Assembly: GCA_000697335.1 (NCBI GenBank)
Contig: JNEM01012239.1
Span: 1-46,727 of the forward strand
Direction of reading: 5' to 3'
DNA from: Conidiobolus incongruus B7586
Taxonomy: Eukaryota
DNA: 46,727 bases
Position numbers and translations under genes: made by a program. This document shows positions 24,686 through 37,533 of this stretch, piece after piece (the first letter of the stretch is position 1; each line of letters begins with the position of its first letter). Under the pieces are notes generated by a model. It was not told where the DNA came from. It searched no databases and saw only the letters and a list, made by a program, of their open reading frames with translations.

Positions 24686-25575
24686 GTTCTTTAATATCCT
24701 AAGGAATCTCTTATTGGATGCTCGATTATTGAACTCATGCTTTATTAATAACTCAGAATATATACACATGTTTAGCAACTATAACAAAGGAAAAATGGGA
24801 AATTGATTGCATCAAATTGAAGTTTATTAATTGTAATGAAATATATTATTAAATTGGAATTATAAATTTTTAAAATCTATTACTTTTTATATTTTTACAA
24901 TCGTCACTCCTTTCATTTTTTGTACTGTAAATTTCAATATTAATATCAAAAATGAATTATTTTAACAATTGATTTTTATTCTATAATAATTACTGTAATT
25001 CAATCACAGTTCAAATAACTTTTAATTGGACTTGTATTTACCAACATCTTTAATTATGATTGAAATATTTTAATGTCTTTAAATTTAAATAAACAATAAT
25101 ATTTTGTTCATAATCAGAGATCTTTTAATATCTCAATTCCCTAATTTGTTCAAATTTTAAAAACTTTTTGAATATAAAAAATTTAATATTGATTTAAGCA
25201 AGATTAAATTAAATTGAATTAATAAATTTTATTCAATAGTTAATTCATATACTATTTAAAATTTAAATATTACCATTGTATATTTATTAATGATTTCTAA
25301 TCAATAATTCATAATTTAAACCTTACAAAAATTCTCATAAACATATATTTCATAATTAATTTTCACATGGGAAATCTCAAAACAAATAGATAACATATAT
25401 AATCATTTTTCAGTTTTTGAACAAGCGAAAATTTCAAACTAATCGAAAACTTGATCAACATAATCCCTTTATAAATACTACTCAAGTTCCTTAATTAAAT
25501 TACTTTATTCAGATTTGAATTAAATTAACCTTTGATATAGTTCATTAAAAAATAATATAACATAATAAGCAAAAC

Positions 25576-27964
25576 ATGTCTGCTGATCCCTTCAATTACC
25601 TTTTACAAGAAGGTGATACCAGTTTTCAATTACATAACGAAGGTAATCTCAATGTAAATCTGCTCCAATAGAAAATTAAATAGAATTAGATGTCGATGAA
25701 CAGGGGCCAACACCGACTCATATTGTTTTTTTAATCCACGGTAATAATAAACCAAACCTTAATATATTTGATATTAATATTAAGAAATTAGGTATGGGCT
25801 ATAAAATGTTTGAAACTGGAAAATTCAGAAAAAATAGTAGTTTCAATAAACTTTGTATTTTAAAAAATAATATTAATATTTGATGAAATAGTGTTACAGC
25901 TGTCAAAAACTTTATGTAGTTCTTTGTTTTCTGATTTTAGGGATAGTGGTTTACATCTATATTTTTATCCAATAGGTATTATATTATTATTAATTATAAA
26001 AATATTCATATATTAATATCGAATAGAATGGGCTGCTGATTTTCATGGGATGAATACTGTAGATAAGTATATTATACTTAATAAATACAATTGAATGAAT
26101 ATTGACTGAATTTTAGACGATTGAAAAAAGTAACTTTACCTTCAATTCCAGGGATGCGAGTATTCAACAACGGTATCCAATTTTTAATGCAATATATTAA
26201 ACTATTCATTAACATAAAATTCTAATAGATTGCTTAGCCGATGTCTTATTTTACTTCACAGAATATCATCGTCAGCGTCTATTCAATAAACTTGGGGAAA
26301 AGATCAATGAAGGTTACGAAAAGCTAATGTTAAAATTCCCAGATTTTGACGGTCAGACTGGAGTCATCGGCCACTCCTTAGGTGGTGTTATAGGTTATGA
26401 CTTACTTGTCAAGCCCAATCCACCATCCACGGCTGAAGATCCTTTATATCCAATGGCATTCCCAACATTAGAGAGACCTACATTGAAATTTGAGCCTAGC
26501 TTCCTATTCTTATTGGGATGTCCCATAGCTGCTGTGATGATTATGAGAGGATTGGAACATCAACATTATCAATTACCCAAATCTATTTTGTTTAGGAATA
26601 TTTTCAACCGTAAGTTATATTCAATATTGTTATCTGTATATTATTTATTAATATGTTTTATTTTTGACTTTAGCTTATGATCCATTGGTAAGTGCTTTAA
26701 GTATTTGATTAGTTTAAATGGCATTGATTTGTGATTTATAGGCATATCGATTTGAACCTTTAATAGCCTCGGAGTATGAAAATATTGATCCAGTTCCTTT
26801 ACCTACAAGTCAGCCTCCCGCTCAAGGGATTTTGCCTACTCTTCAATCTTATCTGCCAAGACCTCCGTCTGTGTTGAGTGATATTTCTATTATTGATTCT
26901 GCAAAATCTGTATTTACCAACTTTAATACAACTAATAAGGAGCCTTCTCCAATACCCCAGTCACCGGCGTTCAGTCCACAGTCAGAGTTTGAAATCGCAC
27001 CTATCGACATTTCGAATAAAGAGAACAAGAGACCGGCATCAGTGGTAAGTATGATAGGGTTTAACGAAGTGAGACGTAGTTCTTTTTCGTCATCCTCGAA
27101 AAAACCTAGTTTCTTGAGTTCATATCCATTATTATTCCAAGTAAAAAGAGCATGGATTATAAACTAATTGTGGTTATTTATTTTGTTTTTAGGATTCTGA
27201 GCAAGCACCCGCAAAGAAGAAGATCACAACCGCTCAGGCTCAGTTTGCCAATCCTCCTACCAGGAGTACTTCCCTTCTAACCAGGGTTGCAATGCAAAAA
27301 AACCAAAGCAACGATGAATCAGGTAATGAGAGTGACGACGAGCAAAGTATTTCAGATACCACCGAAAACTTACCTCAGTCTCTACCTTTCGCCTTATACA
27401 GCAAATTAAAATCATTCCCAGAGACTTCAAAAAAAGTATCGTCCATGCGCGATACCATGACTGAAACCATCTCCAAGTCATCCCTGGGGCAGTGGGTCGG
27501 ATCCGCACGCCAACTCCTCACCACCAAAGCTGAGGATGAGCAATTATCCTGGGTGCTTGGGGGCCTCACCCTCGGGTTGGGCATGTTCTCAGCCAAAAAC
27601 AATACGAACCGCACTCTAGATCCTGAACACCACACAGAGGATGAAGTCACGGAAGCTTTCAATCAACAGAATACTGCAGAATCTTCCAATTCCATCCAAT
27701 TACCAGAGGAAACTGAGAGCAACAAGCTCGAAACGGATTTACCCAGATACGACTACTCAATCCAAATTCAGGCAATTCAAAACTTGAGGATTGAGTATCT
27801 CCTGGGTGTCAGAGCGCATTTTTGCTACTGGTAAAATATTCTAACGCTGATTTATATCCTTTACTAATATATTATTTAGGTCGGATAGAGACGTGAGTCA
27901 CTTCCTATTAAAAAATTTTCAACACTTAAAAGATTCCCAAACTGAATTATCACCATCTAGTTAG
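25576..27964 (+). CDS. DDHD-domain intracellular phospholipase A1, 11 exons: 25576-25642, 25690-25740, 25792-25836, 25892-25975, 26027-26066, 26117-26172, 26229-26609, 26674-26687, 26742-27044 (or 27140), 27193-27830, 27880-27964
   Basis: Spliced motifs HIVFLIHGMG, PIEW, VTLPSIP..R...ND.LADVLFY, lipase GHSLG, NIFNPYDPLAYRFEP, RYDY and HFCYWSDRDV; every junction was checked for frame. Confidence 0.88.
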
Positions 27965-30281
27965 GTAATTTATTCATCATACGATTTGTTGACTAATATC
28001 AAAAAAAGTTATACTCATAAATAATAATAATAATTAAATCAATCAAATTGAAAGTGTAATAATGATTATATTATATTCTTATTCATTAAAAATTTGAACC
28101 AATTAAAATAATATAATTATTGATAATCTATTATACACCCTCCTTTCATAAATAAGCGATGAAAAAGTTTCCAATTCGTGATGTCAAGTTAATGATGCTT
28201 AAAATTCATTTTGTAGATTCAAAATCTAAATTTTCAAAATAGAACATTCAAATATTATATATTTATATAAATAATATAATCTATAAATATTGAAATTTTT
28301 CAGAATAAATATATTATTTTATACCAGTATTTAAAGAATTTCAGTCAATTTTTTTATATTTAGATTCAACAAAGATTAAAGTAAATTTATTTTGGATTAA
28401 AAATGTTTAAATAGTTTGATTATTAATATAAATCTACAAGGATTGTTTGAAGTTGTAGTTGAGTTCAATTGTATTAAAGGTGTTTAAAAATAGATAGTTT
28501 GATTTGTTCAAATATTCCTATATTACTGGTATTATCATACATTTTAAATTTCACTAAAATTTAACAACATCTAAATTGTTACTATTATTAAAATAACTAA
28601 ATAATTCATAATTGCAAATTCACAGTTATTTCAATTTTTCTTAGTAATTTCATAAAATGAATGATCCTAAGTAATGTTCCTATTTATTCATAATCTTTTG
28701 AATTCGATTGAATCGAATATATTCAATTGTAATTTTCATCAAAAACTATATTTAATTTAGAAAAGTAAATGTTTTAATGATATATTAACATCATAGGTTG
28801 TATTATTTATACTAAAAAATACAAAGAAAATCAACACGGAATCATAATTTGACTAAGTTAATATAGGGTAATAATACTTTATTTAGAATTAATTATATTC
28901 TATTTTCATAGATGAATTATATCATTAATAATTTTAATTTAATTATAATTGGAGAAGAATGACAGTTTTAAACGATTATATATCATCCATTGTAGCATAT
29001 TCTTAATATTATAATTACTTATTTTATTTTATATTATATTATGCAATTACCTAAAATTATTAAATATTTATGAAAATAAATATACTAATCTAACTGATTT
29101 TTTCAACTATGAACTCTTCAAAATCGAACATTAATTCAAGTTTAACTCTATTAATCTTGATATTTCCTATTGAATACACGTTTAACTTGATTTTCCTCAA
29201 CAATTATTACTTTTTCAACACTCAGGAAAATGGTTATCCATATATGGTAACGAATCAAATTCTTGATTATGACAATTTATTATTATGATAATTACTGAAA
29301 TTTATATTACTCATTAAAAATTGAAAATTCAATATAATTTTAATTCTTTTTTTAATGTAGATAGTACTAAAATCCTACTAGATATTAAAAAATAGAAACT
29401 TAACTTTTAACTAAATGGAATTAAAACAACTGAAAAACAACTATATCAATTTTAATCACTTATTTTATCAATACATTATAATGTCAAATATATCGAACTG
29501 AAAACGATAATAAAATACCTCCTAATTTTTTAGATAATTCAAAGGTTCGGTGTAATAACCAAATATAGCTATTTTTTAATTCGTTTTTATATAATAGAAA
29601 TTAATATTTGGGATTTTGAATAATTCACCGGACTAATGGTTTTATCTGGGCTATTATAAAGGGTAGATTACTAATTTGGTTCAGACAGAAACAATCTTAT
29701 TCAGTATATTAGAATTATTCTTTATAATATTTGATTACTATTAATAGATATATTAAATATGAAGAAGCATATAATTGTTTAAAATATATAGGATTTAATT
29801 CTAATTTTATCATATTCCATTTTACGATAGATTATTTAAAAATGTTGAAATATATATTATTTCCTTTAAAATTGTTGATGTGTTTAATTAATAATTGGTA
29901 TTGAGATTTAGTGAAAATTTTAAAGATGTAAAATTTATCAAGTGGATCAATTTATATCGAATATTGAGTAAAATCAATGAATAATTTTCATTTTTTTAAA
30001 ATATAATAGCTTTGAGAAGTTATATTTAATTCTATTAGGTTTATTTCTAAATAAATAAATAATCAAGATATCAAATTCCATTATGTGAAATATGCTAGTT
30101 TTTGAATTCAAACTTTAGGAATTTTAAATTTTCATTAGCGAAATTTGATCACATTATTTCCAATCTACCAATTAGATCTAAGTTTGATTTTTGTATAACT
30201 AGGATTTTGAATTTATACTAACTTCAAAATTGTTTATTTCAATGAATCAGTTTGATTAAAACCAACTATAATCTGTAAGTT

Positions 30282-30290
<9 letters not shown>

Positions 30291-30315
<25 letters not shown>
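30291..30315. repeat. (TA)n microsatellite
   Basis: Seen directly, ~260 bp upstream of LisH gene copy 1. Confidence 0.9.
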
Positions 30316-30322
<7 letters not shown>

Positions 30323-30570
30323 TATTGGTTCTGTTATATTAATAAGATATATTAATTTATATGAATGAATAAAAATTTGAAACGATGGACTGTTCAAAAT
30401 CCAATCAAATATATCCCTTCATAAGCTCAGTGTGAAAATCCAGATTATGCCACTATAAAGAAAGAATATGATTGGCCATTATAAAAAGTAACCAATTTTT
30501 ATTGTTCATTCACTCCTTCAATACAATGGTCGTTGCTTCTTTTAAATATTACTTTGTCAATTTTTAAACG

Positions 30571-32404
30571 ATGATGTCAACACCAAGGTCAACGAACCAT
30601 AATAACAATAATAATAACAACAATAACAACAATACATCCAACAATGTTGATCAAGCCTTGATTATGTACATTTTTGACTATTGCTTAAAGAGGAACCTAA
30701 AGGATACTGCAGCCGCACTTCAATTAGAAGCGAATATTAGTTTTAACGATAACCCTATCCGCTTTAATACTCCAGAAGGCTTCTTAAAAGATTGGTGGAA
30801 CTGTTTTTGGAACGTTTTTCATGCTTCTGTTTCAAACCAGCCCCATTCTGACCTCGGAGTATATTTAGAAAAGATCAGAACAACATCAGAAGGTAATGCT
30901 CCTCCTTTTCCTTTTGGAGCTTCTCCAGAATCTGATTCCAATAATTCTTCTGGTGTTAAAAATACTCCTCTTCAAACTTTAGCTGCCTCCACTCAGGGTC
31001 AGAATCAGCCCTCTACTGCTATTCTTGCTAACCAGCTCTCCGGTCATTCTCCTTCCTCGAACATACCTGCTACTCAAGTCAAACAAGAATCTGTAGTCGA
31101 CAACTCTTTGCTCAAAGATAAACAAGGAAACGTTCAGAACTCTCAAGCTGTGCCTACTTCAGGTATTCCTCAAACTACAACACAGGTTAGACCTCCTACT
31201 AGTATTTCTTTACCAATGAACAACCCTATGATGACTGCTGCTGCTTGGGGACTTCAGCAAGGTAATAGCATATATTTCATACTAATTATCAAAAGCTATA
31301 TATCTTTTATCTTATTGATTTTGTGACCTTGAATCAATACATTCTAAAAAAAATTTATTTCATTTAGGCCAAACTCAACAACCTCTTACTCACCAAATGG
31401 CCGGAGTTGCTGGTCGACCTCCGCAAGCTTTACAGAATCCCAACACGAACTTTGATCCCTCTAATGCTATTAGACCTCCCGGTCAAATTCCTGTAGGCAT
31501 GAACCCAGCTTTACAATATCCATCCAATCCCGCTCTACAAAGTGCTGCTTTAGGATCCAATATCACTCAGGCTTATATGAATCCTAGTGATTCCAATATA
31601 CAACCTAACAGTGACCAGGCATTCCAATATGCTCTAATTGCTCAGCATAATTACCGTCAACAGTTGCTTATGCAGAATCGACAGCTTGCTCATTCAATGG
31701 CTCCTGGTCAACCTAACTTACAACGGCCAGCCAACATGACTGAAGCGCAACAGCAGGAATTTCTCCAAAGGCAACAAGCTCATCAAAGATTTCAGCAATT
31801 CCAGCAGAATGCTTTGCAGCAATCTGGAGCTTTCCCTGGAAATCCTATGGGTGCTATGAATCTTAACATGGCCATGGCTATGAGAATGAATCCAATGGCT
31901 CAAGCTTCATTGCAAGGTGCTAACATGATGAACATGGGTATGAATCCCATGCAAGCACAACAAATGAATCAAGCCCAAAATGGTACACCTCAATCTCACG
32001 GTAGCGCACAGCCTGCTCAACTTACTACAACTGCCAATACTCCTAACGTCAGCAATGTACAAGCTTCTCCTGCTCCTATTTCTGCTCCATCCGCCTCTCA
32101 ACCAACTAATGTTCCAGATCTCAATGGAGGATTGACTGATAATACCAGCAATAATAACAATAACAACACAAGTATAGCTGATTCTAACAATGCAGATTCC
32201 AAAAATGTTAAAGAAGATCCTTCAGATATGTTTAATTTCGACAAATATATCAATATGAATGGATCCAGTTCCCCTATGGTTACGAACAATGTAACAACTA
32301 CAGCAGATCTCCAACCACCCTCTTCCGTTACTCGCGATGATACCGGTAACAATCTCGAAGACTTCATAGGCAACGATCCCTTCGGCAATGCAGAATTTTT
32401 CTAA
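30571..32404 (+). CDS. LisH/LUFS-domain Q/N/M-rich transcriptional regulator (Flo8/Mss11/SomA/SSDP-like), copy 1, 2 exons: 30571-31261, 31368-32404
   Basis: L..YIFDYCLKRN...TA.A...EA...PEGFL.DWW..FW..F is the LUFS signature. A 106-nt GT-AG intron joins the two ORFs in frame, and a low-complexity Q/N/M tail follows. Confidence 0.85.
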
Positions 32405-33824
32405 TCAAGTATTTTTATCTCAAACTCAACTTTTTAAAAAACTCATTTAGCTTATATTATACTGTCAACAAACAGGATGTTTAATACTAATTTCAATTCA
32501 CTTTAATAACTCAAATTATCAAACTTCAAGCAATAGGTTATATTTATAAATATATAATATTTTTTGTTCACTTTGGCTGTAATTTTAAATATGAAAATGG
32601 AATAAAATACAGCATTAAAATAATGTTGATTTTATTTTTTTATTTTTTTTATTTAGATTTTATATGTAGTGAATATATGATATCCAATGTGATATTAGAT
32701 ATGATCTATATTTTTTATAAATCTTAATGTTATTTAGTTTGAGTTTAATATATATTTTATCTGTTATATATCATTAATTCTTGATTCTAACCTGCGTCTA
32801 TATTAAAGCAGTTTCTTTTTATATTTTGCCAAGGTACAATAATAACTGAAAAACAGCTCTATATTTCATTAATTTATATATATTATTAAAATATTTTCAA
32901 GTCATATAACTATATTAATAATTTAATTTATAATCTTCATTTTATATATAACATTAATAATTCGAAAAAATATATGCCGATTCTCATGATACCTCCATTC
33001 TTTTAATTATATTGTTAATATTTATAGTTAAATTCGACTTAGTAATCTTAGTATTATATTTCCTAACTTGAAATTTAAAACAATATTTCTGTATGACAAA
33101 AAAATTTTTTAATTGAATATTTGAAAATTTAATGCAATTGATTTTTTATACATACTTTACGTTTTCAATTTAATTATACTCTTAAGTTATTTTAATAATA
33201 ATAATAATAATAATTAATGATATATTTTTAATATATGAAGAATTTTATTTATATTTCATTTTCGAACATGTAGCTCTCTTTAAATTTGTTATATAATTAT
33301 AATTAATATAGAATATAAATAAAATATATACCGATATATATGTAAATTGCTTTATATTTATAATATCATATTATAATTGAGAATAAAAATAATATGAATA
33401 AAAACATATTGTTATTAATATTAATAATATATAATAAAATTATAATATTAATTGATGAATTTTTAATTTTTATTAATTTAATATTTAAATTATTAAAATC
33501 AAATAGTATTTTATAATAATTGAAATGTTAAAAATTTCAATTCAGATTTAATTTTTCAATTGACTCAAATATATGTATTATATAAGATTAGATAATTGGT
33601 AGAAATCTAATGTTGTTTCAAATTCATATTTTAAATTTCAACGAGGATTTAGAATAGTGATGAGTGTTTAGTACTTGCGAAAGTGTGAAGTAGTTTAATG
33701 ATTAAATTGAAAAAGGTCAAGATCTTATCAAACTTATAATAACACTAAAATTAAAGTAATATATAAATACATAAATATGTTGTAGCGAGGTACGCTTGAT
33801 GAACTTGTAGATGAGTATAGAAGA

Positions 33825-35657
33825 TCATTGGAAGAATTCGGCATTTCCAAAAGGATCACTTCCAATTAGGCTTTCCAGATTATTACCAATATCGTCTCTG
33901 GTAATGGTAGATGGAGCTTGAAGATCTCCTGTGGTAGTGGTAGATGCTGTATTCGTGGTAAATGGATAGCTGAAATCACCTACATTGATATATTCTTCAA
34001 AATTGCAGATGGTCGATTGATCTTCTTTAGGTTGTTTGTTCTCAGGCGATGTGGTTTGGGGATTAGCTGGTGTTGATGCATCAGAAAACCTGGAGTTGAA
34101 GTTCATGAGGTCAGGTGTCTGATTCATACCAGGAGTGCCTTGGTTGGCAGTTGAAGAGGGGGTTTGTTGAATCTGGTTAGGATTGGTAGGTGTCTGTGAT
34201 GCGCTCGTTGGAGTCTGATTAGGCTGTTGTCCCATATTAAAGTTCATTCCCATATTCATCATCTGAGGATGGCCGACCATGTTGGCAGTTGAATAAGCCA
34301 TAGAGGTATTGGCTCCACTCATTGCCATATTCATATTGTTCATATCAATTCCTATAGTACCAGCAGGGTTTCCAGGGAAGGCTCCAGGCTGTTGCATTTG
34401 ATTTTGTTGGAATTGTTGCATTTGTTGATGATGTTGTCTTTGCATAAACTGCTGGTGCTGGTGCTGTTGCTGCTGGGGATCACCAGCTTCAGGAGGTCTT
34501 TGGGCATTAGGTTGGGTTGAATTCATAGCCTGCCCAGTTTGGTTATTTTGTAATAGTAGCTGTTGTCTAGCATGATATTGAGTCATTTTAAGATATCGAA
34601 GTTTTTGATCTTGATTATAGAACCCGGTGGGATCGTTGTTCATATAAAGCTGAGGATTTACAACGCCAGGAGGTTGGCCAGACACATTAGGATTTATAGC
34701 ATAAGGTATACCAGGATTCATCCCCATAGACATTGGGGATTGGGGTCTGACATTCTGTAAAAATGATCTCTGGTTATTTTGAAGCGTTTGGCGCTGGCGA
34801 GCGTTCATATTGGGGCGAGGTTGGTTAGGAGTAGCAGCAGGAACCATCATACCTGATGAGGGATCTGCACCTCCTGGTGTGCCTTGAGGAGGAGGCTGAG
34901 AGGGGTTAAAGTTTTGTCCCATTTGAGCGTTGTTAGGAGGAGGGTTTTGACCAGGGTTAAGGTTAGAATTGTTATTTACATGATTCATTTGGTTGGCTTG
35001 CTGTAGATTCCAGGCCGTAGGGTTAATCATTGGATTATTCATGGGCAGAGAAATACTAGTAGGTGGACGAACTTGGTTTTGGAGAGGTGTTTGAGAAGGT
35101 GTGCTAGCTGGCAAACTGGTATTAGTTGGTTCAGATGTCCCATTTTTATCGGGATTGTCTTGACCAAAGTTCATCGATGCAGGTTCTTGTTTAATATGCG
35201 TGTTATTAGTTACACCAAAAGAACCTTGAGGATTTGCTTGACTAGGGTTTCCTAAAGTATCAGACTGAGCTTGTGGTTGTGTACCTGAATTTGTAGAAAT
35301 AGTGTTAGTTATATTAGAACTAGTCACAGGATTTTCAGGTGAAGCTCCGAAAGGTAATTGTGGACCGGAAGCTTCAGAATGGCTCCTCATCTTATCAAGA
35401 AAAAAGCTTATATCAGACCGAGACTGATTTGATACAGATGCGTGAAATAAATTCCAAAAACAATTCCACCAATCCATTAGAAAGCTATCTGGAGTGTCAA
35501 AAGGAACGGGCTGGTCGGATAATGAGATATGTGCTTCCACATGAAAGGCAGCAGCAGCACTGATATAGTTTCTCTTTAAACAATAGTCATAAATATACAT
35601 ATTTAAGGTTTGATCGCTGTCATTTGATCTGTTGGTAGGTCTTGGTGTTGATACCAT
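33825..35657 (-). CDS. LisH/LUFS-domain Q/N/M-rich transcriptional regulator, copy 2, intronless
   Basis: LNMYIYDYCLKRN...AAAF..EA...PDSFL.DWW..FW.LF. The start is set at MVSTPR (35657) by alignment with MMSTPR of copy 1; internal and C-terminal blocks are shared with copy 1. Confidence 0.87.
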   Translation of the reverse strand: MVSTPRPTNRSNDSDQTLNMYIYDYCLKRNYISAAAAFHVEAHISLSDQPVPFDTPDSFLMDWWNCFWNLFHASVSNQSRSDISFFLDKMRSHSEASGPQLPFGASPENPVTSSNITNTISTNSGTQPQAQSDTLGNPSQANPQGSFGVTNNTHIKQEPASMNFGQDNPDKNGTSEPTNTSLPASTPSQTPLQNQVRPPTSISLPMNNPMINPTAWNLQQANQMNHVNNNSNLNPGQNPPPNNAQMGQNFNPSQPPPQGTPGGADPSSGMMVPAATPNQPRPNMNARQRQTLQNNQRSFLQNVRPQSPMSMGMNPGIPYAINPNVSGQPPGVVNPQLYMNNDPTGFYNQDQKLRYLKMTQYHARQQLLLQNNQTGQAMNSTQPNAQRPPEAGDPQQQQHQHQQFMQRQHHQQMQQFQQNQMQQPGAFPGNPAGTIGIDMNNMNMAMSGANTSMAYSTANMVGHPQMMNMGMNFNMGQQPNQTPTSASQTPTNPNQIQQTPSSTANQGTPGMNQTPDLMNFNSRFSDASTPANPQTTSPENKQPKEDQSTICNFEEYINVGDFSYPFTTNTASTTTTGDLQAPSTITRDDIGNNLESLIGSDPFGNAEFFQ

Positions 35658-35794
35658 GATTATCAGAATTGAATTTTGAGTTATTGACAAAAAATTATTT
35701 ACATAATTACTCAATTTCTCGGTTATAGCTCAATATATCCAATTGGTATCACAGGTTTGGAGTTCATTCAATCAAAATCACCAGTCCCTCTTTC

Positions 35795-35985
35795 TTTCAG
35801 CCAATCAACTCGCTCTATTTTCCTATTAATTTCTTCAAAATTCAATTTTCAATTCCAATTAACAGCTATTATCCCATAATAATTATTATCTAAATTCCTG
35901 ATTGGGAAAAAATTTCTTTTCACGTGATAAGTATTGATTTTTATCCAATTGTGATTTGGCCATGTAACTATCCACCAATCAAATA
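35795..35985 (-). promoter_or_regulatory. CCAAT/E-box cluster upstream of LisH copy 2
   Basis: AGCCAATCA at ~35799, GATTGG at ~35900, CACGTG at 35921-35926 and ACCAATC at ~35974. Confidence 0.45.
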
Positions 35986-37510
35986 AGAAAACCAAATTAT
36001 TATCCATCATTCGATTTGATAATGATTAATTATTCCATAATATCATATAAAATGAATAAATATTACATAATAAAAATATAAATAAAAACTACAATCTTTA
36101 CAATTTCGTTAAAACTATAGTTTTCAAAAATATATATAAATATATAAATATAAATATATATATATATCAATATTCCAAAAATTTGGAATTTATTTATCTT
36201 TTTGCACTAGAATAAAATATAGTTAAATTTAATGTGTTTGATTAGATTTTTTAGCCGATAAGCTTCGAATTAAAACAGAATATGTTGATTTAATGCAACT
36301 TTTTAACTAATATCAACTCTGCTTTTATTTTAAAATAGTTTAAATTGATAGGGATATTTTTTTGATTTAAATTATGGATATTATGAAATACTTCCTTAAA
36401 CAATGAAGCTATGCTAGAAATATCAATATTGATGAATGTATTGATTAATTTAATTATCCAGGTTAAATTGAAAAAATGTGTGAAAATTAAAAAATATGTT
36501 TGTTAATTAGCCAAATGATCTATTCTCCATATTTTTGTTAAAATATTAATTTAAAATACTCCAATTAAATATAATTAAAAATTAATTTATATGTTAAAAA
36601 TAATGAATTTTATCACATTATCAATTAAAATTTACAAAATCATATTCAACTTTACTAATCCCTGATTTTAAATTTTTTCCAAATTCATATTCTATTACTA
36701 TTTTTGGATCAATTAAATTTTTTATGGACTAGCATGGGAACTTGGTCAATTTATTGTAAAATGAAAATGAATCAATATCAAATATAATGAGCAATATCAA
36801 TACAAAGTAATACTCAAGATCATTTTACCCAATATTTTATAATAATATTAAAACAGAAATTTCAACAACCATTTCTATATTTAATATGAAATAAATTTTT
36901 GGCTGTTTAATTACTCAATTTGAAATTTGAGTGATTAATTGAATTATTTTTTACCGAGATATTTGCTTTATTTATTAATCAAGTAATATTTAATATTTAA
37001 TTTTATTATAGTTAATATTACTAAAATAATAAACCGTATAAAAGTTTTAATAGTTTCATTTTTTATATACAATAAAATTTTATGAAAAATAAGCAATTTA
37101 ACAAATTAGAGTAATATTAGTAATTATTATTGATGAACGTATTATAATAGTTATTATTATAAAATAATTTTGAATAGTGTTGATTTTTTGGTTTTGCCAG
37201 TTCTGATCTTGTGAATATTAACTTATGTTCTAAGATTTACTGGTTAGAGGGTTTGTTAAATCAATCATAGCAAATATTTATAAATCAAAATATTGGATTA
37301 AATATATGACATAATGGTATATATATAATACTAGAAATGGGCGAGTGAGAGCAACAGTCTTAAAGATTTAGATATTTATATTATGAACTACAATTGACTT
37401 AAAGGTACGACTAATTAAGAAAAAATATTTTAAATGAACACATATATACTATATGAAAGTATAATTCTGAGCCATTATTTATAATAATAGTAAAAAACTT
37501 ACTATAATAT

Positions 37511-37533
37511 TATATATATATATATATATATAT
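37511..37533. repeat. (TA)n microsatellite
   Basis: Seen directly. Confidence 0.9.

Noticed and set aside
23969..24778. 269-aa antisense ORF over TFG2
   Set aside because: Shadow of the TFG2 coding strand with no recognisable motif.
35658..35714. N-terminal extension of the 629-aa ORF
   Set aside because: It starts at a non-ATG codon; alignment with the paralogue places the start at ATG 35657.
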